Position numbers and translations under genes: made by a program. A stretch of 64,000 nt of DNA from Pyrinomonadaceae bacterium (GTDB lineage Bacteria; Acidobacteriota; Blastocatellia; Pyrinomonadales; Pyrinomonadaceae): assembly GCA_014534425.1 (NCBI GenBank), contig JACVRN010000003.1, positions 11,391 through 75,390 of the forward strand. Reading direction: 5' to 3'. The first letter of the stretch is position 1. The number at the start of each line of letters is the position of its first letter. The notes under the pieces were generated by a model. The model had not been told where the DNA came from, did no database searches, and saw only the letters and a program-made list of their open reading frames with translations. Shown here piece after piece: positions 18,248-28,143 of the stretch.

Positions 18248-19291
18248 CTAGTCCGTGATGGTGATGGGGAAGGGCCAGAAGCAGAGTACGAAGACCAGTA
18301 GGGTGCAAACGGCTACGATGATGCGAGCGCGCCCCAGTCGCTCGCGCCCGTCTCCGGCTTGCGGGTGGCGGATTCGCAGCATGACGGCCAGCAGCACGGC
18401 GTAGAGAAAGCCGCTCGGCGCTCTGTGCCACATCCAGCCCAGCACCGCCAGAGTTGCCATAGTGACGAAAGCCACCGTCCCTATCCACTTGTGAGCGCGC
18501 TGGCCGAACAAAGAGAAGGTCGCGTGCCCTCCGTCCAGTTGCCCCACCGGCATCAGGTTCAAGCTCGTTACCAGCAGACCAATCCACGCGGCGAAGTAAA
18601 ACGGATTGCCCGCGCTGGCTGCGTCCAGATGAACGCCAGCCACTTGCGCTATCAGTCTGAACAGTAGCGGGTCGTTGAAAATTATGCTCGCGCCCGTGGG
18701 CGCAGCCGCAGCAGGCTCAGACAGCAGGACGCCTATGACGGCCACCGGCACCGCGACTATGAAGCCCGCTAGCGGCCCTGCTACGCCTATGTCGAAGAGC
18801 GCGCGGCGCGAAGGGATAGGCGACTTGATTTTGATGAACGCGCCGAACGTGCCTGCCAGAAAGAGCGGCGGAGCGGGGATGAAAAACGGAAGTGTCGCGT
18901 CTACACCGTAACGGCGACACGCCACATAATGCCCAGACTCGTGCGCCGTCAGAATAGCCAGAAGCGCGAGTGAAAAGGCCAGCCCCTTCATGAGCAAGTC
19001 CGCGTGCGTGACGCCCTGTATGATTAACTGCGCGGTCGCCAGCAGGTAATACGCGGGAATGTAGACGAGGTACTGAAAAAAGCCCGTAGGCTCCGGCACA
19101 TTCGGCTCAGGGAATTCCGGGATTGCTAGCATGATGCCCGCGAGCGTCGTGGAGAGAATGGTCAGGAAAAGAAGCGCCGCGTGACGACGCCACTCGCGCG
19201 CCGTAGGGCGTGCCGCGCGCCTCCTGCCCGTAGACGCCGGAGGCGCGGGCGCATCCAGAAATGGTGGTATTGCCTGTACTGATTCCGACAC
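18248..19291 (-). CDS. Site-2 protease family (M50) membrane metalloprotease
   Basis: HESGHY is an HExxH motif located in a TM helix. The protein is multi-pass and has an LNLMPVGQLDGG motif. Confidence 0.85.
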   Translation of the reverse strand: MSESVQAIPPFLDAPAPPASTGRRRAARPTAREWRRHAALLFLTILSTTLAGIMLAIPEFPEPNVPEPTGFFQYLVYIPAYYLLATAQLIIQGVTHADLLMKGLAFSLALLAILTAHESGHYVACRRYGVDATLPFFIPAPPLFLAGTFGAFIKIKSPIPSRRALFDIGVAGPLAGFIVAVPVAVIGVLLSEPAAAAPTGASIIFNDPLLFRLIAQVAGVHLDAASAGNPFYFAAWIGLLVTSLNLMPVGQLDGGHATFSLFGQRAHKWIGTVAFVTMATLAVLGWMWHRAPSGFLYAVLLAVMLRIRHPQAGDGRERLGRARIIVAVCTLLVFVLCFWPFPITITD

Positions 19292-19328
19292 TGCTCTCTC
19301 TAGCTTCGGCCTCTTGTTAGATGAAAAT

Positions 19329-19378
19329 GGCGACCGCGCTTTAGACCTCCTACAGCCTCGTGGTCGCCGTTTCCGTCT
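19329..19378 (-). terminator. Terminator-like hairpin downstream of the IHF/HU gene
   Basis: GGCGACCGCG (19329-19338) pairs with CGTGGTCGCC (19369-19378) with one mismatch. A U-run follows on the minus strand. Confidence 0.5.
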
Positions 19379-19416
19379 TTAGATGTATGAAGTAGGTCGC
19401 GCGCGGCCTCTAAAAT

Positions 19417-19755
19417 TCAGAATCCGCCGCCGCCATCGCCCGACGAGCCTTCGTTACCTTCGTGCTCGTGCTCGTCCTCGTCGCCGAAGCCGTGCGCCTG
19501 AAGCTCCTTGCCCGGCTTGAAGCGAATGGTCTTGCCCGAAGGGATTGCGACCTCTTCGCCCGTGCGAGGATTACGACCTACGCCGCGCTTTCTGGGTTTG
19601 ACGACAAAGACCCCGAAGCCGCGCAACTCAATCCGCTCGCCACGGGTGAGCGCCTCTTTCATAGAATTGAAGAGGGCATCTACGGCCTGTTCGGCCTTCA
19701 TCTTGGGAACGCCCGTGCGGTCTGCCACACGGTTGACTATGTCGAGTTTAATCAC
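19417..19755 (-). CDS. IHF/HU-family DNA-binding protein with an acidic/His/Gly C-terminal tail
   Basis: RIELRGFGVF...GRNPRTGEEVAIP is the HU/IHF arm. A roughly 25-aa tail follows (GFGDEDEHEHEGNEGSSGDGGGGF). Confidence 0.85.
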   Translation of the reverse strand: MIKLDIVNRVADRTGVPKMKAEQAVDALFNSMKEALTRGERIELRGFGVFVVKPRKRGVGRNPRTGEEVAIPSGKTIRFKPGKELQAHGFGDEDEHEHEGNEGSSGDGGGGF

Positions 19756-19895
19756 TTTTCGTGGGCCTCCAAAATCCCCTCACGGCCAGAGAGCCATTTA
19801 TCTTTAAGCCAAGCGTCGATTGGTACTGTCCCAGGATGATAGAGACGGCAAGCTAAAGCTGTCAAGGAAAAGGAGAAAACCCGCCTATTGAACGA

Positions 19896-20165
19896 TTAAG
19901 CTGCTTCGTTGAATTGAGCGCGGAACTCTTTGAAATCTGCTCTGAGGAACATAACTTCTGAGTGCGCTTTGCTGGTTATCGCGTCTAAACGATCCAAGCG
20001 AATATCCATGTTGAAAAGCTGGTTTTCTATTATACGCAACTGCCTTTCAACAGCAGACATTCGTGTCTCCACACCGGTAAAACGCTCGTTCATAGAATCG
20101 AACCCTGCGCGCATCTCTTTGAGGATAGTTTCCAGCATAGGTTTTGTTGGGGCCTCATCTGACAT
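19896..20165 (-). CDS. Hypothetical coiled-coil protein
   Basis: An 89-aa ORF with heptad-like helical sequence. It lies in a locally AT-richer stretch. Confidence 0.45.
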   Translation of the reverse strand: MSDEAPTKPMLETILKEMRAGFDSMNERFTGVETRMSAVERQLRIIENQLFNMDIRLDRLDAITSKAHSEVMFLRADFKEFRAQFNEAA

Positions 20166-20394
20166 GGAATATACCTGCCTTTAAAATGATAGATGAGGCT
20201 GACTACATATAGACGCAGTTCTCAGCCAGTGTCAATGTTTCGCGTGCGCGTCGTCCCGCTTCAAAATCAGGGCGCTTGCGGCCTTCGCCTTTCGTTGACA
20301 AAGCGCGGCTGCGACCGCTAACCTCAAATGTTTGAATTCAAGCGGTATCCAACGGGATGTTCAGCCGCTTTTATAGTCGAGAATGTGAAAAGGT

Positions 20395-21108
20395 ATGTTC
20401 GGATTCAAAAATCGCCGCGCGCCCATGTTCGGCAAACTCAGCGCGGATGACGACAAGGACATAGAGGTTCAGAAGCCGAACCTGAATGGCGGCCACAGCT
20501 TTTGGTCTGAGACGCGGCTCTTGGTGCGCGACCTCATCTTTGCGCTGATGTTCGCCACCCTCATGGTGGTCTTTGTAGTCCAGCCTGTTAAGGTCGAAGG
20601 CACTTCCATGCTCACACGGCTGCATGACGGCGACCGCATCTTCGTCAACAAGCTCATCTATTACGGCGTGCCGAAATTGCAGCGCGGCGACATAGTTGTC
20701 TTCTGGTATCCGAACGACCCGTCGAAGAATTACATCAAGCGCATAGTGGGCCTTCCGGGCGAAACCGTGGAAGTGCGAGAGGGCCGCGTCATCATCAACA
20801 ACGTGGAGTTGGACGAGCCGTATCTTGACCCGCACCTCAACGTCGCGCACATGACTTTGCAGCCCGTGATTGTCAAAGACCATTACTATTTCGTGATGGG
20901 CGACAACCGCGACAACTCAAGCGATTCGCGCTACTGGGGGCTGGTGCCCGAAAAATATATCTACGGCAAGGCGCTCTTTCGCTACTGGCCGCTTGCGGAC
21001 GCGAGCGTCATCTCGCACGAGGAGAACTATAAGAACATTCCGCCGAGCGCCAGGCGAGACACGAATGAGCTTCCGGAAGGCACGGATGAAGAGGGCGAGC
21101 AGCAGTAG
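20395..21108 (+). CDS. lepB: Signal peptidase I
   Basis: GTSM (catalytic Ser), [11 protein letters not shown] and [14 protein letters not shown] boxes. Confidence 0.9.
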   Translation: MFGFKNRRAPMFGKLSADDDKDIEVQKPNLNGGHSFWSETRLLVRDLIFALMFATLMVVFVVQPVKVEGTSMLTRLHDGDRIFVNKLIYYGVPKLQRGDIVVFWYPNDPSKNYIKRIVGLPGETVEVREGRVIINNVELDEPYLDPHLNVAHMTLQPVIVKDHYYFVMGDNRDNSSDSRYWGLVPEKYIYGKALFRYWPLADASVISHEENYKNIPPSARRDTNELPEGTDEEGEQQ

Positions 21109-21131
21109 CAGCGTTAAAGGTAAGAGCAAGC

Positions 21132-22469
21132 ATGGTTGATTGGCTGCGTTTTCTTTTGATGATGTTCTACGCGCCCGTGCGAGCGGTAAACGAAGTGCGC
21201 GACCGTGCGATGATTGCTCCGCCTGCGCTCGTTGCGCTCGTCACTCAGGCAGCCTTCTTCTATTTCATCACGACTCTTTACCTGAGAGGCAAAGCCACCG
21301 TTTTAAGCGCGCCTTGGGCATTCGTCAGCCTCTTGCTTCAGTCAGCCGGAATACTGCTTCTCATAGCTATCATCTTCGCCCCCTTCGTCATCTTCATGGC
21401 TAATGTCTTCGAGCGGCGCGGAAGTTTCAGGGTCGTTCTGCAACAGGAGTACGTGGCAATCACGTCAACTCTTTTTTATGCCCTGGCCGCCGCAGGCGTT
21501 CTGGTCATCCCGCTTATCATAGTGGCACGCGCGCTGGGCCTGCTGACGATGCTGAGCCACGCTCTCATTGTCTATTTCGAGGAGCAGCAGAAGGGCTTGC
21601 CGCCGGGGATGCGCGCGCTGGTCAATCCTGAGACGCTCAATCCTCAAACTCTTTCGCTCGGACTGTCATTCGTGCTGATGCTGCTGCTCTTCGGGTTGTG
21701 GGCCGTGGCGGGCGTGCGCGCCGTGTTTCGTCTTTCGTGGGCTTATTCCGCAGGCGTGGTGTTGATAGGCGGGGCGGTGATGTTTTTCTCCACGCCGCTT
21801 CTTCCAATCTTCGGCGCGCTCTTAGGCTCTCCGTTCCTGTTGCTGATTATCTTCTTCGCGGTACGCAGCTACGTTGGCGAACTGAATCGCACCGCGCAGG
21901 CCCGCGCCAACTTCAAAAGAAATCTTGAGGCATCTACGCTCAATCCGGCGGACGCTTCGGCGCATTACAATCTCGGACTCATACACCAGCAGCGCAACGA
22001 ACTGGGCGAAGCACGCAAGCGTTTTCAGTGCGCCGTAGAGATAGACCCGGATGAAGTGGATGCTCATTATCAACTTGGGCGTATCGCGCGGGCCGAAGGA
22101 CGGCTCGCGGACGCCATCAAGGATTTTCAGGAAGTGGTTGCGCGCGACGAAACGCACGCGCAGTATGAAATCTGGCGCGAGATAGGAGCGACCTACCTGG
22201 CTGCGGGACAATTCGACGACTCGCGCGAAGCGCTCTCTCGCTTTCTGGCTCATCGCCAGAGTGACCCGGAAGGGCTGTACCTGATAGGCCGAGCCTTCGC
22301 AGGCATGGGCCGCAAGCGCGAAGCCGCCTACTCCATGCAGGCGTGCATAGAGGCCGTCAAGACCGCGCCCGCGTACAAATATCGAACCGACAAACGCTGG
22401 ATGGGCGAAGCACAGCAATTCTTAAAACAGCTACAGACGACGAACGACAACTTGCAGGCTACGAATTGA
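21132..22469 (+). CDS. Multi-pass membrane protein with C-terminal TPR repeats
   Basis: About 6 TM segments, followed by TPR-like repeats (AHYNLGLIHQQRNELGEA..., AHYQLGRIARAEGR...). Confidence 0.65.
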   Translation: MVDWLRFLLMMFYAPVRAVNEVRDRAMIAPPALVALVTQAAFFYFITTLYLRGKATVLSAPWAFVSLLLQSAGILLLIAIIFAPFVIFMANVFERRGSFRVVLQQEYVAITSTLFYALAAAGVLVIPLIIVARALGLLTMLSHALIVYFEEQQKGLPPGMRALVNPETLNPQTLSLGLSFVLMLLLFGLWAVAGVRAVFRLSWAYSAGVVLIGGAVMFFSTPLLPIFGALLGSPFLLLIIFFAVRSYVGELNRTAQARANFKRNLEASTLNPADASAHYNLGLIHQQRNELGEARKRFQCAVEIDPDEVDAHYQLGRIARAEGRLADAIKDFQEVVARDETHAQYEIWREIGATYLAAGQFDDSREALSRFLAHRQSDPEGLYLIGRAFAGMGRKREAAYSMQACIEAVKTAPAYKYRTDKRWMGEAQQFLKQLQTTNDNLQATN

Positions 22470-22478
22470 GAAGGAAAA

Positions 22479-22568
22479 AAATTAACAGGGATGGACAGGA
22501 TAGAGAGGATAAAGAAATAGCAATTGTTCTATTTTTATCTTGTTCATCCTATCTATCCCTGTTTGAAT
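22479..22568. repeat. Family-C hairpin (AATTAACAGGGATGGACAGGATAGA... imperfect palindrome)
   Basis: The left arm at 22479-22519 pairs with the right arm at 22529-22568. It starts 10 nt after the stop codon of the TPR gene. Confidence 0.8.
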
Positions 22569-22580
22569 CTAACTGTTGAA

Positions 22581-23693
22581 ATGAACATTAGCGGATTAAA
22601 GCAGGCTCTCCTAGCTCTTGAGGACGGGCGGGTGTTTCGCGGGCGCGCGTGGGGCGCGGAGGGCGAGGCCACGGGCGAGATGGTCTTTAACACTTCTATG
22701 TCCGGCTATCAGGAGGTTCTGACAGACCCTTCCTACGCGGGACAGATTGTTTGCATGACCTACCCACTCATAGGCAACTACGGCGTCAACCACACGGATT
22801 CCGAATCAAAGCGTCCGTGGGTGGAAGGCTTCGTAGTGCGCGAGGCCAGCCGCATGGCTTCCAACTGGCGAGCCGAAGAGACTCTGGATGCTTACCTGAA
22901 GCGCTGGAAGATTCCTGCCATAGAGCACATAGACACTCGCGCTCTTGTGCGTCACATACGCGACAAGGGAGCAATGCGCGCGTGCCTCTCTTCGATTGAT
23001 ACAAACGAAGAGAGCGTCATAGAGAAAGCGCGTGCGAGCACTCCTATGGAGAACAGGGAACTGGCGAGTCAGGTCACATGCGCTGAGCCTTACACGGTCG
23101 AGGCCGAAGGCGAGGAGCGCTTTCACGTAGTCTGCTACGATTTCGGCGTGAAGATGAACAGCCTCCGTGAGCTTGCGGCGATGGGCTGTCGTGTGACGGT
23201 CGTGCCCGCGAACACTTCCGCAGAAGACGTGATAGGGCTGCGCCCGGATGGAATCTTTCTCTCGAACGGGCCGGGCGACCCTGCCTCCATGACGCGCGTG
23301 GTAGAGGAAGTTCGAAGCGTCATCAAGGCGGGCGTGCCCACCTTCGGCATCTGTTTCGGGCATCAACTTCTAGGCCGTGCCTTCGGCGGCACAACCTACA
23401 AGCTGCTCTTCGGCCATCGCGGCGGCAATCAACCCGTCAAGGATTTACTCAAAGGAACGGTCGAGATTACGTCGCACAATCATGGCTTTGCCGTCAAAGC
23501 GGACAGCCTGCCGCAGGAGGTTGAAGTCACGCACATCAATCTCAACGACAACTGCGTGGAAGGAATGCGGCACAAGACGCTTCCCATCTTCTCCGTTCAA
23601 TACCACCCGGAAGCCGCCCCAGGCCCGCACGACGCAGAGCATCACTTCCGTCGCTTCATAGAGATGATGGAACGCGCGCACGCCTCTGCATGA
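22581..23693 (+). CDS. carA: Carbamoyl-phosphate synthase small (glutaminase) subunit
   Basis: The internal ATG at 22581 gives [28 protein letters not shown] is the catalytic Cys motif, and HPEA is present. The tracked 5' extension runs into the upstream hairpin. Confidence 0.95.
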   Translation: MNISGLKQALLALEDGRVFRGRAWGAEGEATGEMVFNTSMSGYQEVLTDPSYAGQIVCMTYPLIGNYGVNHTDSESKRPWVEGFVVREASRMASNWRAEETLDAYLKRWKIPAIEHIDTRALVRHIRDKGAMRACLSSIDTNEESVIEKARASTPMENRELASQVTCAEPYTVEAEGEERFHVVCYDFGVKMNSLRELAAMGCRVTVVPANTSAEDVIGLRPDGIFLSNGPGDPASMTRVVEEVRSVIKAGVPTFGICFGHQLLGRAFGGTTYKLLFGHRGGNQPVKDLLKGTVEITSHNHGFAVKADSLPQEVEVTHINLNDNCVEGMRHKTLPIFSVQYHPEAAPGPHDAEHHFRRFIEMMERAHASA

Positions 23694-23718
23694 ATGCTAT
23701 CGAAGCGCCAAAACTGTC

Positions 23719-23744
23719 GGGGCAGAGAACTTGTCCTCTGCCCC
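23719..23744. terminator. Bidirectional terminator-like hairpin
   Basis: GGGGCAGAG, an 8-nt loop, then CTCTGCCCC (perfect 9-bp stem). It lies between the convergent carA and the ABC permease. Confidence 0.6.
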
Positions 23745-23753
23745 TACAGGTAT

Positions 23754-25352
23754 TCATCCGGTCGCCTTCTCTGTGAGCATCTCTTCTTCTATCTTTCGCC
23801 ACTTCAGAAAGGCCAGGCCGAAGCAGCCTAGGGCGAGCAGCCCTTCGACTAAGAGGGCGCGTGTGACGAGGCTTGTGCCACGGTCGCGCCGTGCGTTGTT
23901 TGGGAAGTTGTAGAAGTCAACCTTGATCTCGTCGAAGGGGTTATAGCGCATGGAGGTGCGGCCCATGTAATTGTCTTTGCGCGTCAACTCGTGCGCGAAG
24001 AAAGCGGGGTTGACTAGAAAAGCGGTGTTATTCTTGTTCTCGAACATGAGGCCCGCTATGCCCATGACGAAGTAAAAGGCTATGACGAGACCGACGCCCG
24101 CCCATGCGCGTGCGCGAAAGCGCTGCATAGCGCAGTATTGAACGAAGCAGAGCATGCCCGCGATTGTCAGCACAAAGCCTAAAACTACAGGCAGCAGGTA
24201 GTGTAGCGATATGTTCTGCGGAAATTCGCCTACATCCAAGTGATAGCTAATCCAGAGCGCTATGAGTCCCAGGACAGACACGCCCAGCGCAATCAGAAAC
24301 GTCTTGAAGCTGTTTCTACTCTCCTCGCGCTGAAAGAGTACGAGCGGGTCGCCCTCTGCGCTCCACCACTCGCGCAAGCCCTGACGGCTGACGGCCAGGC
24401 TTCCCGCCAGAGCCAGAAGCGCGCCCCAGTTAATCATCATGTAAGTTATAAGTTGCATGACGGGCGGGGTGCCGTAAGCATACAAGTCGGAGCGGCTGGA
24501 GGTCTGCCAGCCCCAAAGAATGCCGACCAGCAGGCTCTCCGCCGTGGCGAAGAAGAACCACACGGGCCACGCACCAACCGGCACAAGCTGGCTGGCCTTG
24601 ATTCTGCGGACTGCGCCCGCGAACGCCCAGAGACCTATGAAAATCAGCAGGCCCAGGATAATGACGTATCCTTCCACGCTCGCGCCGTAAAAGTGCCAGA
24701 AGTAATAGCTCTTCCCCGTGTGGTCTGTGAAATAGCGATACCAGAAGAGCGCAGTCACAGCGCCGAAGACGCCTACAGCCGGGCCAATCAAAAGCCCGCC
24801 GCGCAGGCTCTTCTCCGAAGGACTCGCTATGGCCGCAGAGATGAAGAGTCCTATGGCCTGAAAGCTTAACCCGCCGACGATTAAAAAGAGGTACAGGTTT
24901 AAGACGCTATCGATTCTCTGGTCTGCCAGAAGTCCGGCTACGAGGGCGAAGGGAAGGATAATCAAAGCGGCGAAGTAGCTGGCCGCGCTGCTGCCGAAGA
25001 ATTTCCCCAAGGCTATGTCCAGGGGCTTCATCAAAATCATCTGCTGAAAGATGGCCGTGCCGCGCATCTTCTCCTGAATGAAGGAGAGCGCCGTCATGGC
25101 TGGGGCCAGTACGAAGATAAGACCGAAGAGGATTATCGTCAGAGGCCAGTAGGTGTCGCGCGCAGCATACGTCACCTGCTGCACGGGCGTGTAATAGCTT
25201 TTGCCCGCGTAGCTGTTCCATGAAAGCCCCGCTATGACAAGCACTATGCAGAGGGCAAAGCCTCCTATGAAGAGAAGGCGGCGCGCGGGAAGATTGATTC
25301 TTAAGATGCGGTCGAGTTCGGGATTGTCCAGTAGATTAAAGCTTGAAGCCAT
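23754..25352 (-). CDS. Large multi-pass ABC-type transporter permease of unassigned family
   Basis: 532 aa with at least 12 hydrophobic segments. It starts 25 nt downstream of an ABC ATPase gene on the same strand. Confidence 0.6.
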   Translation of the reverse strand: MASSFNLLDNPELDRILRINLPARRLLFIGGFALCIVLVIAGLSWNSYAGKSYYTPVQQVTYAARDTYWPLTIILFGLIFVLAPAMTALSFIQEKMRGTAIFQQMILMKPLDIALGKFFGSSAASYFAALIILPFALVAGLLADQRIDSVLNLYLFLIVGGLSFQAIGLFISAAIASPSEKSLRGGLLIGPAVGVFGAVTALFWYRYFTDHTGKSYYFWHFYGASVEGYVIILGLLIFIGLWAFAGAVRRIKASQLVPVGAWPVWFFFATAESLLVGILWGWQTSSRSDLYAYGTPPVMQLITYMMINWGALLALAGSLAVSRQGLREWWSAEGDPLVLFQREESRNSFKTFLIALGVSVLGLIALWISYHLDVGEFPQNISLHYLLPVVLGFVLTIAGMLCFVQYCAMQRFRARAWAGVGLVIAFYFVMGIAGLMFENKNNTAFLVNPAFFAHELTRKDNYMGRTSMRYNPFDEIKVDFYNFPNNARRDRGTSLVTRALLVEGLLALGCFGLAFLKWRKIEEEMLTEKATG

Positions 25353-25377
25353 AAAACCTCCAACGGCTCTCCGGGGT

Positions 25378-26310
25378 TCAGGAAACGGCGTGACTGCCTA
25401 CGGCCATGAAAACATCTTCTATGGTCAGGCGTCTCTCGTAAAAGGAGACAACTCCATCATGCATGAGAACGACCTCTTTGTGAAGAGTTGCGAGCGCCAG
25501 GCGGTCGCCCTGAAAAGCGCAATCGATAATCGCTCCCTCGACCGTCACGTCGCGCAAGTCTTCACGGCTCTCCAGCTTCTCCGCCAGCGCCGTGGCCGCC
25601 TCTGCATCCGTCATCTCAATCCGCACGGGCAGACCGTCCGAGAGCTTTCCGACCAACTCTTCAATACGGCCTGAGCGAATCACATGGCCCTGCTCCATGA
25701 TGACTACGGAGGTGCAGAAATCCGCAAGCTCCGTCAGAATGTGCGAACTGACGACGAGCGTCGTGCCCAGAGCGCCAAGCTCCTTTATCAACTCGCACAA
25801 ATCAATGCGCGCCACAGGGTCAAGGCCCGAAGCTGGCTCGTCCAACAGCAGCACCTTCGGCGCGTGCAGGAGCGTCTTGGCAATCACAAGGCGCTGGCGC
25901 ATGCCGCGCGAGAGCGCCCCGACCGGCTCATAATATTTAGAGGCCAGATTCGTCAGTTCAAGCACGCCCGCAATGCGCCGCTCAATCTGTTCTTTCGGGA
26001 CTCTGTGCGCCTTGGCGAAGTACTGCATGAAGTGGCGCACGGTCAGTTCATCGTAGAGGCCGAAGGTGTCCGGCACGTAGCCGACAATTTCGTGAAGCTG
26101 TTTAGGCTCTGTGCCGACCTCTATACCCGCCACTTCTATCTTCCCGCTTGTGGGCCTGAGCAAGCCCGCGAGCATCTTCAGCAGCGTAGTCTTGCCCGCG
26201 CCGTTCGGCCCAATCAGCCCGCAAATCTCACCCGCAGGGACATACAAATCAACATCCCGCACAGCAGGCCGTGTGTCGTAATATTTCGTGAGGCCGAGCG
26301 TATTAATCAT
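25378..26310 (-). CDS. ABC transporter ATP-binding protein (ABC-2/CcmA-like) with an extra C-terminal domain
   Basis: Walker A GPNGAGKTT, signature LSRGMRQR, Walker B VLLLDEPASGLD. Confidence 0.9.
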   Translation of the reverse strand: MINTLGLTKYYDTRPAVRDVDLYVPAGEICGLIGPNGAGKTTLLKMLAGLLRPTSGKIEVAGIEVGTEPKQLHEIVGYVPDTFGLYDELTVRHFMQYFAKAHRVPKEQIERRIAGVLELTNLASKYYEPVGALSRGMRQRLVIAKTLLHAPKVLLLDEPASGLDPVARIDLCELIKELGALGTTLVVSSHILTELADFCTSVVIMEQGHVIRSGRIEELVGKLSDGLPVRIEMTDAEAATALAEKLESREDLRDVTVEGAIIDCAFQGDRLALATLHKEVVLMHDGVVSFYERRLTIEDVFMAVGSHAVS

Positions 26311-26413
26311 CTTATCAGTAGAAGACTTTCAAAATATTAGACGCGCAGCGCGATGAAAAGTTCCGCAAGTTGAACCGTCGCTTGAGACGAACCGCCAGGC
26401 GCTCTTTTGCTCT

Positions 26414-26821
26414 CTAGATTCCGCTCTCTGATTTTCGCAGCGTCCGCCATCCGGGCTGAAGCCTGACCCAGTATGCCATCAGTAGCCCGACCACTATGTA
26501 GATAAAAGTCAGCGCGATGCTCAGGTAAGTGATGCGGCGGTTGGCCGTCAGAGCGTCGACTCCCTGGCCCGGCTCGAAGACATACATGATGGGGATGAAG
26601 GCGAAGATGAGCGAAATCAGGCACCAGACCGCGAGCACCACCACGGCCTTGATGACGATTGTGCCGCGCCCGTCGCTCGCACGCGCGAAGTTTATGACGG
26701 AGCGTATGATGACGTAGAGGGGAAACAGGACTGCGACCGCCGCGAAGGTGTAGAGCGTAAGCATGCCTATGATGTCTTCAATCTTCATCGAATCACCTTG
26801 AGCTTCGTACGAACTTTGCAA
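26414..26821 (-). CDS. Hypothetical 4-TM membrane protein
   Basis: 135 aa with four hydrophobic segments. It is the first gene of the minus-strand ABC cluster. Confidence 0.5.
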   Translation of the reverse strand: MQSSYEAQGDSMKIEDIIGMLTLYTFAAVAVLFPLYVIIRSVINFARASDGRGTIVIKAVVVLAVWCLISLIFAFIPIMYVFEPGQGVDALTANRRITYLSIALTFIYIVVGLLMAYWVRLQPGWRTLRKSESGI

Positions 26822-26846
26822 GAGCTTTTTAACCCGCGAGGCCCTT

Positions 26847-26854
26847 CCGGCGGT
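26847..26854. repeat. Target-site duplication, left copy (CCGGCGGT)
   Basis: An identical 8-mer directly abuts both terminal inverted repeats of the element. Confidence 0.85.
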
Positions 26855-26878
26855 GGTAGTGTCCTAAAAGTGTGTTGC

Positions 26879-27043
26879 TCACTTTGCTATGAAAGAAATA
26901 ACTTGGTCGAAGTTTAAGAGTATTTCTTGACCGTTATTATTAACCCACCACCACATTTTCCATTCGTACTTAATAACTGTAATGTCTAAAATGTTACCAT
27001 TAGAACAAGTGACTTTATAACTTTTACCATTCTCAAGAAACAT
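26879..27043 (-). CDS. Untracked 54-aa ORF coupled to the transposase gene
   Basis: MFLENGKSYKVTCSNGNILDITVIKYEWKMWWWVNNNGQEILLNFDQVISFIAK. An AAGGAG overlaps the transposase TAA stop, 8 nt before the ATG at 27043. The ORF's TGA stop lies inside the left terminal IR. Confidence 0.45.
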   Translation of the reverse strand: MFLENGKSYKVTCSNGNILDITVIKYEWKMWWWVNNNGQEILLNFDQVISFIAK

Positions 27044-27056
27044 AACAAAATCTCCT

Positions 27057-28001
27057 TTAGGCGTGTAGTAAGTCTTTCAAGCTCCAAACTGTTTTAGTCA
27101 ATCCTGCTTCCATAGCTGGGGTACAACGGATTGTAGAATGAAGCCTGCAAAAATTATAGAACGCGAAGTGCAGAGCAAGCGCAGCTTTCATGTTTGACCA
27201 TTTCTTAGAGAAAGCGTTTGTTAATCTAGTCAAGCGGCGCGTGGACATTCTAAGCGTTAAGTTCTGTCTTTCGATGTGCGAAGTGTTGATTCGTTCGGGG
27301 TCTGGATTACCGATAACGGGAATCTTCTTTGCTCCGATACATTCAGCCGGAGAATAGCGTCTCTCGCCTTCTGGATTCTGCGCGTACATCTTCACTAATT
27401 GAGCATAATCAACGCGAGTGCCTAAGCTATGAGAAACAGCGTCAGGATAGCCACCAAAGCCGTCTGTGGTTAATTGAAAGTGCGTGCCTGTAGCAAGGTA
27501 TAGCTTTTCGATGAAAGCGTGAGTGTCGCTTGCTGTACGCCTTCCAAGATGCCAAGCAAGAATTAACTTTGTATCACGGTCTATCGCTATGAATGTATAA
27601 CAGTCTCCGATTGTTTCATCGTTCAGGTCTTGACGCTTCTTTGTCTTTTCCTTCATCTGAATGAAGCCCCAAATCTCATCAGCTTGAACGTCTTTGACAG
27701 GCACATTCTTAATCTTCTCTTCAAGCAATCTTTCACACTTCCCGCCAACATGTATCAGTAAGTCCAGTACGGTGTCACGGTGTACGCCAGTGATTCTTTC
27801 TATGCTTCTAACTGAGCAGCCTTCAAGTAGGAGCTTGAGGCACATGACGGCTTTTTCTTCTGCAAGGTACATAGAGCCAAGCGGCTTGTCTTTCGGCTCT
27901 AGGAATGTCACGCCACAATCCAAGCAACGGTAACGCTGATTGCCTTTGCGGTCTTTGCCGAAGCGTTTGAAGTTTGATGAAGAGCAAGACGTACAGTTCA
28001 T
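27057..28001 (-). CDS. IS1-family transposase (single-ORF type with N-terminal zinc ribbon)
   Basis: The zinc ribbon is CTSC...YRCLDCG. The DDE region (QADEIWGFI, LTTDGFGGY, IERQNLTLR...RLTNAFSKK) parallels E. coli IS1 InsB (EMDEQWGYV, MTDGWPLY, IERHNLNLRQ...SLSFSKS). Confidence 0.85.
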   Translation of the reverse strand: MNCTSCSSSNFKRFGKDRKGNQRYRCLDCGVTFLEPKDKPLGSMYLAEEKAVMCLKLLLEGCSVRSIERITGVHRDTVLDLLIHVGGKCERLLEEKIKNVPVKDVQADEIWGFIQMKEKTKKRQDLNDETIGDCYTFIAIDRDTKLILAWHLGRRTASDTHAFIEKLYLATGTHFQLTTDGFGGYPDAVSHSLGTRVDYAQLVKMYAQNPEGERRYSPAECIGAKKIPVIGNPDPERINTSHIERQNLTLRMSTRRLTRLTNAFSKKWSNMKAALALHFAFYNFCRLHSTIRCTPAMEAGLTKTVWSLKDLLHA

Positions 28002-28010
28002 ATTTTCTCC

Positions 28011-28099
28011 TGTGTTGCTAAGTTGCTATTATGCTTGAGAACTCAAATTAAGTCAAGCATAAAGTACCGTAGCAACACAAATTAACGATTTATCGTTAA
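28011..28099. promoter_or_regulatory. Three dyad symmetries in the divergent transposase / HTH-peptidase control region
   Basis: Outer dyad: TGTGTTGCTA (28011-28020) / TAGCAACACA (28070-28079). Inner dyad: TTATGCTTGA (28029-28038) / TCAAGCATAA (28053-28062). Third dyad: TTAACGAT-tt-ATCGTTAA (28082-28099). Confidence 0.55.
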
Positions 28100-28114
28100 T
28101 CCGTAATTTCCACA

Positions 28115-28143
28115 TTGACACAGAACCTATACGTGTGTAAAGT
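28115..28143 (+). promoter_or_regulatory. Candidate sigma70 promoter for the HTH-M78 gene
   Basis: TTGACA (28115-28120), a 17-nt spacer, then TAAAGT (28138-28143). A GGAGG ribosome-binding site lies about 8 nt before the ATG at 28183. Confidence 0.5.

Noticed and set aside
28060-28100. An alternative right end for a plain 1.2-kb IS1 at about 28079, since TGTGTTGCT recurs there in inverted orientation.
   Set aside because: Only the 9-mer core matches the terminal IR. The GGTAGTG tip is absent, and no direct repeat of the CCGGCGGT target flanks it. The full 25-nt IR plus TSD is found only at 30112-30144.
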